Shown here in pieces: positions 18,504-28,461 of a stretch of 64,000 nt of DNA. The DNA is taken from positions 768,001 through 832,000 of the forward strand of contig OZ242260.1 in the NCBI GenBank assembly GCA_965207065.1, written 5' to 3'. Positions within the stretch are counted from its first letter, which is position 1; each line of letters starts with the position of its first letter. Under the pieces are notes generated by a model. That model was given only the letters and a program-made list of their open reading frames with translations, was not told the origin of the DNA and ran no database searches. This stretch comes from a bacterium (GTDB lineage: Bacteria; UBA8248). A program made the position numbers and the translations under genes.

Positions 18504-19067
18504 ATGGTCGAAAGCATCAATTATCCCTGGCATGAAAGCTCTGTGCCCGGCGAGCGGCCGATCGATAAACCCGAACTTCCAAAAGACGGTTATGAGATCA
18601 CCATGCTCGCAAAGACGGAAACGATGGACGATGGACAACTCAAAATCGGGCGATTCCGGCACTTTGAAGTTTTCAGCGACGAACCGCCACGCATCGGAGG
18701 AGAGGACAGGTATCCACAGCCTCTCACTTACATCGCCATGGGAGTCGGCTTCTGACTGTTGACCCAGCTTGGGCGGTACGCCCATATGACGAAAACGACA
18801 TTCGAGAAGGCCACCTGCCGCGTGGAATTCGATTATTTCCTGAAAGGTTCCGTCCTCAAGGGCGATGTGAATTCTGGATGCCGGAGGGTGCGCACGCATT
18901 TCAAAGTCGAATCGAACGAGACGGAAGAGAAAATCCTGAACATCATTCAATTGGCGAAACAGGGCTGCTATGCCGAGCAGATGGTTCAGACGGCCGTTCC
19001 GCTCACGAGCACGGTTGAGTTAAACGGAAAAAACCTTGAACTGAAAGGAATTACGGACACGAATTGA
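18504..19067 (+). CDS. OsmC/Ohr-family selenoprotein (Sec at UGA 18753-18755)
   Basis: ORFs 18504..18755 and 18759..19067 are in one frame; DEPPRIGGEDRYPQP...GVGF-U-LLTQ puts the UGA at the OsmC catalytic Cys; second Cys in QGCYAEQ; hairpin just downstream. Confidence 0.8.
18770..18784 (+). promoter_or_regulatory. Putative bacterial SECIS apical stem-loop
   Basis: TGGGCG-GTA-CGCCCA hairpin with a G-containing loop about 20 nt after the in-frame UGA. Confidence 0.6.
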
Positions 19068-19085
19068 CGCGGACGAGAGGGTTTC

Positions 19086-19161
<76 letters not shown>

Positions 19162-19341
19162 AGTATGTGGAGCAATCAACGGACAACCAAGGGTTGTTCC
19201 TTATCGACTCATTTGCCCCAAAAGGCAAGAGTTTCCATGCCTTTACGGGAAAGACGGGATTCTAAAACGCCCCAACCCGGGCGTCAACACGAAAACGCTT
19301 TTCGCTCTTGATGTGAAAGGCCTCCTCCCCATGGCAGGAAG

Positions 19342-20355
19342 ATGGTAAAACAGCCTCCATTTCCAGTGGGTAAACTTCCGCCAGATGTACTGGATAATCT
19401 GCTCAAGAGCGCAAGTTCGCACCCGCGTCTTGTAGTGGGTCCAAAGATTGGAGAAGACGCGGCCGTCATCGACATGGGAGACCGCTATCTCATCGCGAAA
19501 TCAGACCCCATCACGTTTGTGGAACACCACATCGGCCGCTATGCCGTACACGTAAACGCGAACGACATCGCCTGCATGGGCGCTACTCCTTTGTGGTTCC
19601 TGATGACCCTGCTTCTGCCGGAAGGACGCGCTGATGAGGCGATGATAAGCCGTATCTGGAAAGAGGTGGAAAATACTTGCGACGATTTGGACATCACCAT
19701 ATGTGGCGGACATACGGAGATTACCTCGGGACTGGAATTTCCGATTCTTTCGGGCCACATGCTGGGGGAAGTATCGAAGGAGAATCTGGTACGCGGCGCA
19801 GACGCACAAGTAGATGATTTAATTCTGCTTACGCGTCCCATACCTGTGGAGGGAACGGCTATCCTGGCGGATGCGAAATACGATTTTCTGAAAAACCACA
19901 TGGATGTCGAGATCTTGGAAAATGCGAAAAAGACCCTGGAATCTCCCGGCATCAGCGTGGTGGCGCAAGCTTTGGCGGCGGCCGGTACAGGCCAGGTGCA
20001 CGCGATGCACGACCCGACCGAAGGAGGGCTGGCCACCGGCATCCATGAAATGGCGGAGGCCGCCGGCCTGGGAGCCATTGTTGAGGAGAACAACATACCC
20101 ATTTCCTTTGAAGGGGGGAAGATTTGCAAGGCATTGAATCTGGACCCTTTAGGTGTCATTACATCGGGAGCGCTTTTGCTGGCGGTTCCGGCGGAAGGGG
20201 AAGAAACCGTTCGGGAAACGCTCATGGCGACGGGTGCAATGGGTGTGCAAATCGGCAGGTTATGCGCCCCTGATTCAGGAGTTGTGATTCAGCGCGACGG
20301 AAAAACTTCTCCGCTTAGGCGTTTTGATTCCGACGAAATTTCAAAAGTGCTGTAA
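19342..20355 (+). CDS. AIR synthase-family protein (PurM/HypE/ThiL/SelD superfamily)
   Basis: GEDAAV, SDPITF, NANDIA, GGHTE and MHDPTEGG motifs. Confidence 0.85.
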   Translation: MVKQPPFPVGKLPPDVLDNLLKSASSHPRLVVGPKIGEDAAVIDMGDRYLIAKSDPITFVEHHIGRYAVHVNANDIACMGATPLWFLMTLLLPEGRADEAMISRIWKEVENTCDDLDITICGGHTEITSGLEFPILSGHMLGEVSKENLVRGADAQVDDLILLTRPIPVEGTAILADAKYDFLKNHMDVEILENAKKTLESPGISVVAQALAAAGTGQVHAMHDPTEGGLATGIHEMAEAAGLGAIVEENNIPISFEGGKICKALNLDPLGVITSGALLLAVPAEGEETVRETLMATGAMGVQIGRLCAPDSGVVIQRDGKTSPLRRFDSDEISKVL

Positions 20356-20365
20356 GGGAGCGAGG

Positions 20366-20950
20366 ATGAAACGAGCCATGGAGGGTGTGCTGCTCGATTT
20401 TGACGGCACGCTCACGAAACCCGCCTTTGACTGGCCCGTCATGAAAGAGGAGATGGGATTGCTCGACGGGGAGGTATCGATACTGGATTATCTCCCAACG
20501 CTCTCTCCCGAAAGAGCGCGTGAAATATCGGATATCCTTGAAAAACATGAACTTAAAGCCGCCGATATCGCGGAGGCCAACGATGGCTCGCATGCTTTGA
20601 TTGCGTACCTGCGAACCAGAAAAATCCCCTTCGGCGTCGTTACGAACAATGCGGAGCGGCATGTTCTGAAAATGGTGAAAAAAATAAATATCTCTTTCGA
20701 AGTCCTGATCACCCGGGATATCGGCTACTGGAAGCCGGACCCGAGACCCATGCTCGCAGGCGCCGAGGCGATCGGCGTATCGCCTGAAAAATGCGTCGTC
20801 ATCGGCGACGGGAAATACGACATGATGGCCGCCAAAGCGGCGGGAATGTTGTCGGTCCACCTGACGGAACGCTCCTCGATTCCCAGTGATCTGACGCTTC
20901 GCAGCCTCCGGGATGCGCCTGCCCTGCTCAAACAACTGATTGATAAATAA
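20366..20950 (+). CDS. HAD-family hydrolase
   Basis: LLDFDGTL motif I, VTNN, KPDP and IGDGKYD. Confidence 0.9.
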   Translation: MKRAMEGVLLDFDGTLTKPAFDWPVMKEEMGLLDGEVSILDYLPTLSPERAREISDILEKHELKAADIAEANDGSHALIAYLRTRKIPFGVVTNNAERHVLKMVKKINISFEVLITRDIGYWKPDPRPMLAGAEAIGVSPEKCVVIGDGKYDMMAAKAAGMLSVHLTERSSIPSDLTLRSLRDAPALLKQLIDK

Positions 20951-21380
20951 AGACTTGGGGCACGCCCTTTTGGGACATGCCCCATGGTGGAAGGAATCCG
21001 CCCAACTCGGGCGAATCGTTTGGCGAGATGTCAGTGAATCAGCATCGGGGGACCCTTCAACTGACCACCGGGGAGAAAAGGCTCCTCTTTTGCAAGGCGC
21101 CCATTGAGGGCAAAAGGTACACACCCTTATATATTGCACAAATCGTGCCAAAGAAGAACATTCTACGGCTAAAAACAAAACAAGCGCATAATGATAATGA
21201 TATCAGTCAGATACAATTTCTACACAGCGCGATAATCTCAGGATATACGCCCCTCAGGTTCCGGCGGGCGGCATCACACTTTGACTATTATTCGGGAACG
21301 GGAGGCCCCGGTCTGACAATATGTCAATCCAGGACCCGGATGAGTTCCGCCGAAGCCGGAAATTATGGCAGTTATATGAT

Positions 21381-21560
21381 AATTCCCCGCAACTCCCCGC
21401 TTTTGCCGTCATCGGGGCAGGCACGGACCGTGGCAGAATTCCCCTGCGCCGCGCGATGCGGTTGCATCTTTTCCGAAGAAAACCTCATCATTTAATTACC
21501 GGAAAACCTCGTGAATTTATCGAATAACCCCGTGAATTTATCTATATTTATCGAAATTAT
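21381..21560 (-). repeat. Dispersed non-coding element, copy B
   Basis: Reverse-complement homolog of 17581-17737 with two short insertions. Confidence 0.8.
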
Positions 21561-21719
21561 TATTTGCATTAAATGGCCTTTCATCATTTCTGAATAAGCC
21601 CGGCGACCCTGCCCTTCTTTCATCTTGCCCCCCCGGTCTCGCCCAGCCCCTGGAACCTCATCGCGATGCTCACCCCTGCATATCGCCTGAACCGAGGCCA
21701 CCCATCGGGACCTTCCCGA

Positions 21720-22010
21720 TTATCGAAAGCGGCTCTTGCGGTAGACGCCGCCCAGACCCAGGAGAAGCCGGATCTTCGAGGCCTTCGATTCGAGCTTCTC
21801 ACCCGACCCGTCGACAGCCGTCTCCGCATCGTCGACCCTCTGCTCCAGGTCCAGTGAATCACGCAGGGAGAGCGCCCAGCCCTCGAAGGCGCGCCCGATC
21901 CCGGAGACAACGCCCACGCCGCCCTTGATGCGCGCCGTATCTCAGACCGAGACCCGTGCGTCCACCGAATCGGTGAACGCATCCACCGAAACCCCAGAGT
22001 TCGCGTCCAT
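21720..22010 (-). pseudogene. Probable autotransporter beta-barrel remnant
   Basis: One frame with an internal stop at 21942: VSVDAFTDSVDARVSV*DTARIKGGVGVV...LSLRDSLDLEQ...SGEKLESKASKIRLLLGLGGVYR, alternating beta-strand pattern; family assignment from recall only. Confidence 0.4.
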
Positions 22011-22377
22011 CCCATCAATTGCTGACAGGAGCGCTCTAGGATGTGCGAGAGTCTGAATTGTTTCGCTTGCGTTATGATTACATCTTTTTGAAAGCAACCC
22101 ACAAAGAAAATCCAAAAGAATATCCACAATGGTTTCCATAATCTAAAAAGACTTCACCGCCGATGGAAACGCCCGAAGGTCTATAAACAGGCTAACATTA
22201 TCAACGAACTCGTTATCCTGCTGGTCCACTTCAGGCTATCGAACGTTATCTGCCTGCCAAGCGCTGGTCGCCTCTCTCCTGCGCGTCCACTGGCGGGCAT
22301 TTTCTCATCGACGACGAAACATCCTTTGTACTCCAGGAACGTTTCGCACGGTATCTCCCGCTCTGTGCCATGAACAG

Positions 22378-22518
22378 CTCGGACCGGAGAGGGCCGGGAC
22401 GGTGCTTGAAACGCTCGGACAATCGCTGACCCGCGAAGAGCGCGGGGAAATGGCTTATGTCAGCGCGCAGATGCCGGGGTGGCTGGTGGAACCCGTGAGT
22501 CGACTGGCGCATGGCTGA
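22378..22518 (+). pseudogene. C-terminal fragment of a type IV TA antitoxin (DUF6088-like)
   Basis: LGPERAGTVLETLGQSLTREERGEMAYVSAQMPGWLVEPVSRLAHG*; stop overlaps the toxin start (ATGGCTGA). Confidence 0.5.
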
Positions 22519-22980
22519 GCGCTATCTGAATCTCTCGCCGTGACCGTCGGGAAGTGCTTGAATTCGCCGCCGGCGTGTCAGGAAGACCGGCGTATCTGCT
22601 TGAGAAGGACATCCGGGTCGTCCGGGCTATCCAGACGCTCTTTGGAGTTCCCATAGGCGCGCCGCTCCTCTTCAAGGGCGGCGCCTCCCTGTCCAAGGCG
22701 TATCGTGCCATTGGACGTTTTGCCGGGGATTTCGACCTGAGACCCTATGACAACCGGGCGCTCGCACCCGACCTCGTGGGCGGCAGGCCGTGTGCGCTGC
22801 CGACAAGTAAGAGCCAGGAACAGCGATGGACGAGAGAGGTCCGTCGGCGTTTACCGCCTGGATGCATGACGAGGCCGTCCCGTTCCTGGAGAAGGGGCTC
22901 CATGCAGCAGGGGCGGACGACGGGACCAGGGTCGAGGACGGCGAACTCTTCTTCCACTATGCGCCGCGGACGCCGACTGC
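22511..22980 (+). pseudogene. Frameshifted, truncated AbiEii/AbiGii nucleotidyltransferase toxin
   Basis: LLEKDIRVV and LLFKGGASLSKAYRAIGRFAGDFDL (AbiEii FKGGTSLSK..I.RFSEDID motif, degenerate); frameshifts after MAERYLNLS and after DFDL. Confidence 0.75.
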
Positions 22981-23047
22981 GGCGTGATTCTGGGCAGGCG
23001 CACGGGGATTCACTGGAGCCGCCGGTTCGCGCGCCGGGGCTGGGTAC

Positions 23048-23296
23048 GTGAACGCCGGGGCCATGGGGCGTCCGGCCATCTACGGGCGAACATGCGTCTG
23101 GTATGCTACGCTATCCACGGGCGCGGACCGGCTGGAAGTGGGGCATGTTCCGGTCCGCTACGATCACGAGGCGCTGGTTCGCGAAATGGCGGGAGAGGGC
23201 ATCAGTGAAGAGTTCGTCACGACGATTCGCACCGGGTGGTGGACCACCAGCCTGGAGCCCCCGCCGGGCAGGGAACGGGCTCGCGGGCGCTACTGA
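23048..23296 (+). pseudogene. C-terminal fragment of a metallophosphoesterase-family protein
   Basis: NAGAMGRP...VWYA...YDHEAL..EM..EG.SEEFV.TI.TGWWTT; N-terminal catalytic motifs absent. Confidence 0.5.
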
Positions 23297-23344
23297 GGGT
23301 CCGTGGTCCCGGCTTTCCTCCGGTACGCCAACCGGGAGGCGCCG

Positions 23345-25171
23345 TTGAGTGCTCACATCGCCTATCTGGACGGACCGCGCCTGCGCCGGTCTCTGGTCGC
23401 TGCCTGCGAGTATACCCGCCAGCAGCGGCAGGAATTGAACCGCATCAACGTCTTTCCGGTGCCCGACGGCGACACCGGCACCAACCTGGGCCTTACCGTG
23501 GAGGCCATCGCGGACCGCCTGCGGCGCAACTGCGACCGGGCGGTTTCCGCCGTCGCGGACGATGCAGCCGAAGCGGCGCTGCTGGGTGCGCGCGGCAACA
23601 GCGGGATGATGCTGTCGCACTTCCTGCTGGGCTTCGCGGCCCACCTGAAGGGACGCGAGCGCGTGGGCCCGCGTGGGTTCGCCGAGGCGCTGGGCGGGGG
23701 CATCGACAACCTCTACAACGCGCTCGACAACCCGGTCGAGGGCACCATTCTGACCGTCATCCGGGACACCGCGAACGCTGCGAAGGAGAGCTCCGCCACG
23801 GACTTCGTCCTCTGCGTCGATCGCTTGGTGGACGCCGCGCGCGAGTCGCTCGAGCACACGCCCTCGCTGCTCCCGGTGCTCAAGGCGGCGGGGGTGGTGG
23901 ACGCTGGCGGCCGCGGTTTCGTGCACATGCTGGAGGGCGTGCTCCTGCTCATCAACGGGGACCCGATCGTCGCCTCCGGAGACGAGACGGATTACGCGCA
24001 GGTCCCGGCGACCGTCGCCGAGGTCGAGTATCCCGAGAATGAAGAGCAGTACCGCTACTGCACCGAGGCGTTGGTGCGCGGCGAGGGGCTGCCGGCGTCC
24101 GCGATCGTGCGTGAGGAACTGCGCCGCCATGGCGATTCCATCATCGTGGTCAGCACCGACACCCTGCTCAAGGTGCACGTGCACACGGACGGTCCTGATG
24201 GAGTCTTCTCCTACCTGCGCACGCTGGGCAGGCTCGCCACGAAGAAGGCCGAGGACATGCGCGCCCAGCACGCGGCGGCGCGCCACGGCGGGGGCGGCCA
24301 TCAGACCCTGGTGCGGCGTCCCTTCGCGATCGTGACCGACAGCGGCAACGATCTCCCCGAAGACATCATCCGCGCCCACGGCATCCACGTGGTCCCGGTC
24401 GTGCTGGTGGACGGAGACCGCCCCCTGCGCGACGGTATCGACATCACCGCGGAGGAATTCCACGAGAAGATGCGCGACGCCGGCGGAGAACTGCCCACAA
24501 CCTCGCAGCCTCCGCCGCAGGCCTTCCTGGACGGCTTCGCGCGGGCCGCCGAGGACGGCGACCAGATCATGGGCGTCGTGCTTGGAAGCGGCGTGTCCGG
24601 CACCTTCGGTTCTGCGGAAGCGGCGGCGCGGACCTTCGACAAGGTGCCGGTGCACCTCTTCGACTCCTGCGGAGTGTCTATTCTCGAGGGGCTGCTTGTG
24701 CTGAAGGCGGCGGAACTGGCGGAGAGCGGAACGAGCGCCTGCGAGATCCTGGCCGAACTCTCCCGCGTGCGCGCGCAGTCCGGCATTTTCGCCACCGTGG
24801 ACACCTTCGACCGCCTGCTGCACTCGGGGAGGGTGGGGAAAGGCCAGGCCTGGTTCGGGGGCATGCTGGGGGTGAAGCCCATCCTGTCGCTGACCGAGGA
24901 GGGGAAGGTCGTTCCGGTCGGCAAGGTGATCGGCCGCAATAAGGTGCTTCCGGCGGTTCTCGGTCTTCTGGAGGACCGCATCCCGGCCGGTACAAAGAAA
25001 CTCCGCTTCGGCGTGGTGCACGTCGGGTGCCCGGAGATCGTCGAGCAGGTCTCGGCCGCCCTCCACGCGCGCTACGGCGACGTGGACATCCTCGGCGGCC
25101 CCACGGCCCCGATCTTCGCCACCCACCTGGGACTGGGCGCCTGGTGCCTGGCCTACATGGTCGAGGACTAG
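23345..25171 (+). CDS. DAK2 (FakA-like) - DegV (FakB-like) fusion, fatty-acid kinase
   Basis: LNRINVFPVPDGDTGTN, GARGNSG, PVEGTILTV, VVDAGG, YCTE and KVHVHT (DAK2/FakA), then IVTDS, PTTSQP, SGT and SGRV (DegV); start TTG 23345 or GTG 23303. Confidence 0.88.
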   Translation: MSAHIAYLDGPRLRRSLVAACEYTRQQRQELNRINVFPVPDGDTGTNLGLTVEAIADRLRRNCDRAVSAVADDAAEAALLGARGNSGMMLSHFLLGFAAHLKGRERVGPRGFAEALGGGIDNLYNALDNPVEGTILTVIRDTANAAKESSATDFVLCVDRLVDAARESLEHTPSLLPVLKAAGVVDAGGRGFVHMLEGVLLLINGDPIVASGDETDYAQVPATVAEVEYPENEEQYRYCTEALVRGEGLPASAIVREELRRHGDSIIVVSTDTLLKVHVHTDGPDGVFSYLRTLGRLATKKAEDMRAQHAAARHGGGGHQTLVRRPFAIVTDSGNDLPEDIIRAHGIHVVPVVLVDGDRPLRDGIDITAEEFHEKMRDAGGELPTTSQPPPQAFLDGFARAAEDGDQIMGVVLGSGVSGTFGSAEAAARTFDKVPVHLFDSCGVSILEGLLVLKAAELAESGTSACEILAELSRVRAQSGIFATVDTFDRLLHSGRVGKGQAWFGGMLGVKPILSLTEEGKVVPVGKVIGRNKVLPAVLGLLEDRIPAGTKKLRFGVVHVGCPEIVEQVSAALHARYGDVDILGGPTAPIFATHLGLGAWCLAYMVED

Positions 25172-25631
25172 GGACTAGCTCGGCGAGGGGGTAGCACACA
25201 TGGGCCGCCAGGCGGGCGAGGTGCGTCTCCTGGGACGTGGGGCTGGTCATCACGATGTGCAGATCAACTGCCATGCCGCCATTCCCTGAACGTCACCGCG
25301 CGGAACCACGCCCATCACGGGACGAATGAACGGATGCGAAGACGCTCCGACAGGAATGCTCCAGGTTGCGCACGAGTTTGAATTCACCCGCTACCGTTTC
25401 GATTACATATTGCAATAACCGGGTCTCAATCGAAACTCGAAAAAACCAATACCCGAAATGTTTTCAATAAATTATAAGGATTCCCCGCCCGTCGGACATC
25501 CCCCACTGTCTCTCAACGGGCGCAGGGCGCTCTCACAATTTTATTCCTTAGATTTTCGCCGGAAATCAAATTTGCACCCGCTAGGTTCACCCGAGGAAAA
25601 GTCCCTTGCCAAGTAGAGTTGGACTGGCGGT

Positions 25632-26873
25632 TTACGCATTGCCTTCCAATTCGATGCGCTTGAAGTAGTAGCTGTCTTCGGCCGTCACGACCAGCCCCTC
25701 CGTCGAGGCATTGCGGATCGCCGTAACCTCGATCTGGTACTTCAAGCCGTAATGCGAAATTTTCCCCAATCCGGCTTCGACGGAATTCCTGGCGGGAAAC
25801 GGGAAAGCGAAGAAGTTCCTGTAAAGGGCGTTGTAGGCGTCATAGTCACGGAAATCGGTCAGCGTCACCTGCGATTGCGCGACGTCCAACACCTCCATGT
25901 CGAACTCCTTCAGTAGGTGTTCCACATTGGCAAGGACGTTTCGCGTCTGCTTCTGGATGTCCCCTGGATCGCGCACGCCACCTTCGTCATCCACGCTGAG
26001 GATTCCGTTGGAAATCATCATCTCACCGGCCAGGACGCCTCGGGCGTTTCCGGGCCCCGTCCGATATTCCTTCTCCCCAAGGTATGCGGTCGGCTCTATC
26101 ATTACGTCGGCTTCGAGAATCGGCAAAGGCGCCGTCACGGTCGTCGTGATTGGTATCGGCTCCCCAAATGCGTCGGCGATGGCCGCATCTACAGCCTCCA
26201 CGTCTCTCATGTCACGGACGAACACCCGCAGGCGAATGATGTCCCCTAGGGATCCGCCGTTTTCAGCCAATATGTCTCCAATTCCCTGGAGAATGGCTTC
26301 GGCCTGCGCCTTTGAATTCCCCGGCGAGACGACTTGACCTTCGGCGTCGATCGGCAGCCGCGCGCTCAGGCACAACAGGTCGCCCATCCTCCTCCCGGCG
26401 CAGGAAGGCGCATACTCATGCGCCTGCTTCACCGCCGGCAGGAGTGGTGTGGTTTCTACGGCGCCGGCCAGCCCCTCGATTTCCATGATCATCGACGGCA
26501 TATACAGGCCGTAGCCGACGAGCGTGTCAGCCGGTTCGGCCGGGCCGCGGTGCTTCTCGTACGCTTTGACGAATGGCCCGATCTCTTTCCAACCCTCGAG
26601 GAAATGATTCAGACGAAGAACGTCACGCCACTTGCCGCCGGCAATCTCAACGGAGAGTTTCAGAGACTCGATGGCCTGGCGCGTCTGGGCTTCCATGTCG
26701 GCCCGACCGGGCGTTTCTCCGGCCATTCGGCCATTCGGGACGCCATCGACAATCAACGCTTCCGTCGTGATGCCCGGCATCCCGCCAAGAAAGATGTAAC
26801 CCCCCGCCCGAAACGCGTAACAGTAAGGTCCAGATGGAGGAGGCAGTCTCGGATCTTGTATTGTCCTGGGCAT
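25632..26873 (-). CDS. RidA/YjgF/UK114-family protein with three tandem domains
   Basis: Three repeats: QTRQAIE..MEIEG, QAEAILQ..VMIEP, QTRNVLAN..FPARNSV..YQIEV. Confidence 0.8.
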   Translation of the reverse strand: MPRTIQDPRLPPPSGPYCYAFRAGGYIFLGGMPGITTEALIVDGVPNGRMAGETPGRADMEAQTRQAIESLKLSVEIAGGKWRDVLRLNHFLEGWKEIGPFVKAYEKHRGPAEPADTLVGYGLYMPSMIMEIEGLAGAVETTPLLPAVKQAHEYAPSCAGRRMGDLLCLSARLPIDAEGQVVSPGNSKAQAEAILQGIGDILAENGGSLGDIIRLRVFVRDMRDVEAVDAAIADAFGEPIPITTTVTAPLPILEADVMIEPTAYLGEKEYRTGPGNARGVLAGEMMISNGILSVDDEGGVRDPGDIQKQTRNVLANVEHLLKEFDMEVLDVAQSQVTLTDFRDYDAYNALYRNFFAFPFPARNSVEAGLGKISHYGLKYQIEVTAIRNASTEGLVVTAEDSYYFKRIELEGNA

Positions 26874-26990
26874 ACTCGGATCCTCCTGTTATGAGACTCG
26901 TGATGACCGCTCGTCACAGTTCACACGCATATCGCTTTTGGTTGGCGTCTTCGTCGTCTCGCATCGGCCGCAACACACGACTTCAAAATG

Positions 26991-27695
26991 TTACCCCCCG
27001 AGGTAGTGGCGTATCAGGTCGCCGTCCCCGACAAGATTGGCGGTGGGCCCGGCCATGGAGATATTACCGTCGCGCAATATGTACCCGTAGTCGGCGACCG
27101 AGAGCGCCAGATGAACATTTTGCTCGACCAGAAGAATCGTCATCCCGCTCTCCTTCAGTTGCATGATGATTTCGCCCAGGCGCTCGACGAGGATCGGCGC
27201 AAGCCCTGAGGAAGGTTCATCGAGCAGCAGAAGCTTCGGCCGCGAGATCAGACCGCGTCCGAATGCGACGAGCTGCTGTTGCCCGACACTGAGCGCATTA
27301 CCCTTGCGCCTCAGCCATTGGCGAACCTCCGGAAACCGTTCGTAGATAGCCTCGAAGTCGTCCTTCGATTTCTCTTGGCGACGCCGCGCGTAAGCGCCGA
27401 GCCTCAGGTTCTCCATAACCGTCAGAGGCGCGAAGATGCGGCGGCCCTGCGGCACAAGAGAAATGCCCATTGGAACGATTTCACGAGGTTCCATGCCACA
27501 GATTTCCTTGTCCTCGAATCGAATGCTGCCGGCGCTCGCCTTAACGGCGCCGACGATCGTTTTCAGCGTTGTCGATTTTCCCGAGCCATTGCCGCCAAGC
27601 AGGGTAATGACCTTGCCGGCGGGAACTTCGAGCGATACCCCGCTCAGAACCTGTACGGGGCCATACGAGGCCCAGATATTCTCAAGCGTCAACAT
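26991..27695 (-). CDS. livF: Branched-chain amino acid-type ABC ATPase (LivF-like)
   Basis: GGNGSGKST Walker A, VPQGRRIF, LLLDEPSSGLAP. Confidence 0.88.
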   Translation of the reverse strand: MLTLENIWASYGPVQVLSGVSLEVPAGKVITLLGGNGSGKSTTLKTIVGAVKASAGSIRFEDKEICGMEPREIVPMGISLVPQGRRIFAPLTVMENLRLGAYARRRQEKSKDDFEAIYERFPEVRQWLRRKGNALSVGQQQLVAFGRGLISRPKLLLLDEPSSGLAPILVERLGEIIMQLKESGMTILLVEQNVHLALSVADYGYILRDGNISMAGPTANLVGDGDLIRHYLGG

Positions 27696-28461
27696 ACTTC
27701 ATCGCCTTGCCCAGATAGGCCTCGATTACATTCGGATCCTTGCGAACCACCTCGGGTGTCCCCTCGGCGATCTTCTCGCCGTGATCGAGAACCGTGATAC
27801 GGTCGGAAATACTCATCACCAGGCGGATGACGTGCTCTATCAGCAATATACTCGTCTTCCCGTGAGATCGCAGGTTACCCAGAATTTCGGTGAGCCGCTC
27901 GTACATCACCGGACTTAAACCCGCGGCCGGTTCGTCCAGCAGGATAAGCAGCGGCTCGGAAACCAGCGCGCGCGCGAGTTCCAGCATGCGTTGTTGGCCA
28001 AACGACATCCGGTTTGCCGGCCGGTTGGCGAGATGAGCGAGACGCACGGATTCAAGCGCCTCATACGCCCTGTCCCTGATCTCAGAATCTTCCCGTACGA
28101 CCCGAGGCGGACGAAAGATCCCGCCGATAACACCGCTTCGGCTCTTGCCGTGATAGCCGACCATGACGTTCTCGAGCCCCGTCATTTCCGAAAACACCTG
28201 GAGGTCCTGAAAGGTGCGCGAAATTCCCAGGCTTGCCATGTTGTATGCCCTGGTCGAACTGATCTTCTGGCCGTTAAAGACGACCTCACCCGACTTCTGG
28301 CGCAAAAACCCCGTGATCGCGTTGCAAAGAGTCGTCTTTCCCGATCCGTTCGGACCAATCAGTCCATGTATCTCACCATTGCCAATTTCGAGCGATACGT
28401 TCGATAGAGCCGTAAGCGCCCCATAATTCACGGTCAGATCATCTATCTTAAGAACTGACAT
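27682..28461 (-). CDS. livG: Branched-chain amino acid-type ABC ATPase (LivG-like)
   Basis: GPNGSGKTT, RTFQ, LDEPAAGL, VIEAYLG. Confidence 0.88.
   Translation of the reverse strand: MSVLKIDDLTVNYGALTALSNVSLEIGNGEIHGLIGPNGSGKTTLCNAITGFLRQKSGEVVFNGQKISSTRAYNMASLGISRTFQDLQVFSEMTGLENVMVGYHGKSRSGVIGGIFRPPRVVREDSEIRDRAYEALESVRLAHLANRPANRMSFGQQRMLELARALVSEPLLILLDEPAAGLSPVMYERLTEILGNLRSHGKTSILLIEHVIRLVMSISDRITVLDHGEKIAEGTPEVVRKDPNVIEAYLGKAMKYVDA

Noticed and set aside
19342-20355. Calling the AIR-synthase-family gene selD
   Set aside because: It lacks the N-terminal Cys/Sec-x-x-Lys catalytic motif of SelD.
21942-21944. In-frame TGA in the autotransporter-like remnant as a second selenocysteine
   Set aside because: No redox or Cys context, no obvious SECIS, and further stops nearby indicate a pseudogene.
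23111-25126. Long antisense or alternate-frame ORFs (e.g. 23111..25126 -, 9561..11051 +, 42182..43666 +, 43534..45291 +, 35768..37474 -)
   Set aside because: Shadow ORFs of high-GC genes; they overlap well-supported CDSs and have no motifs.
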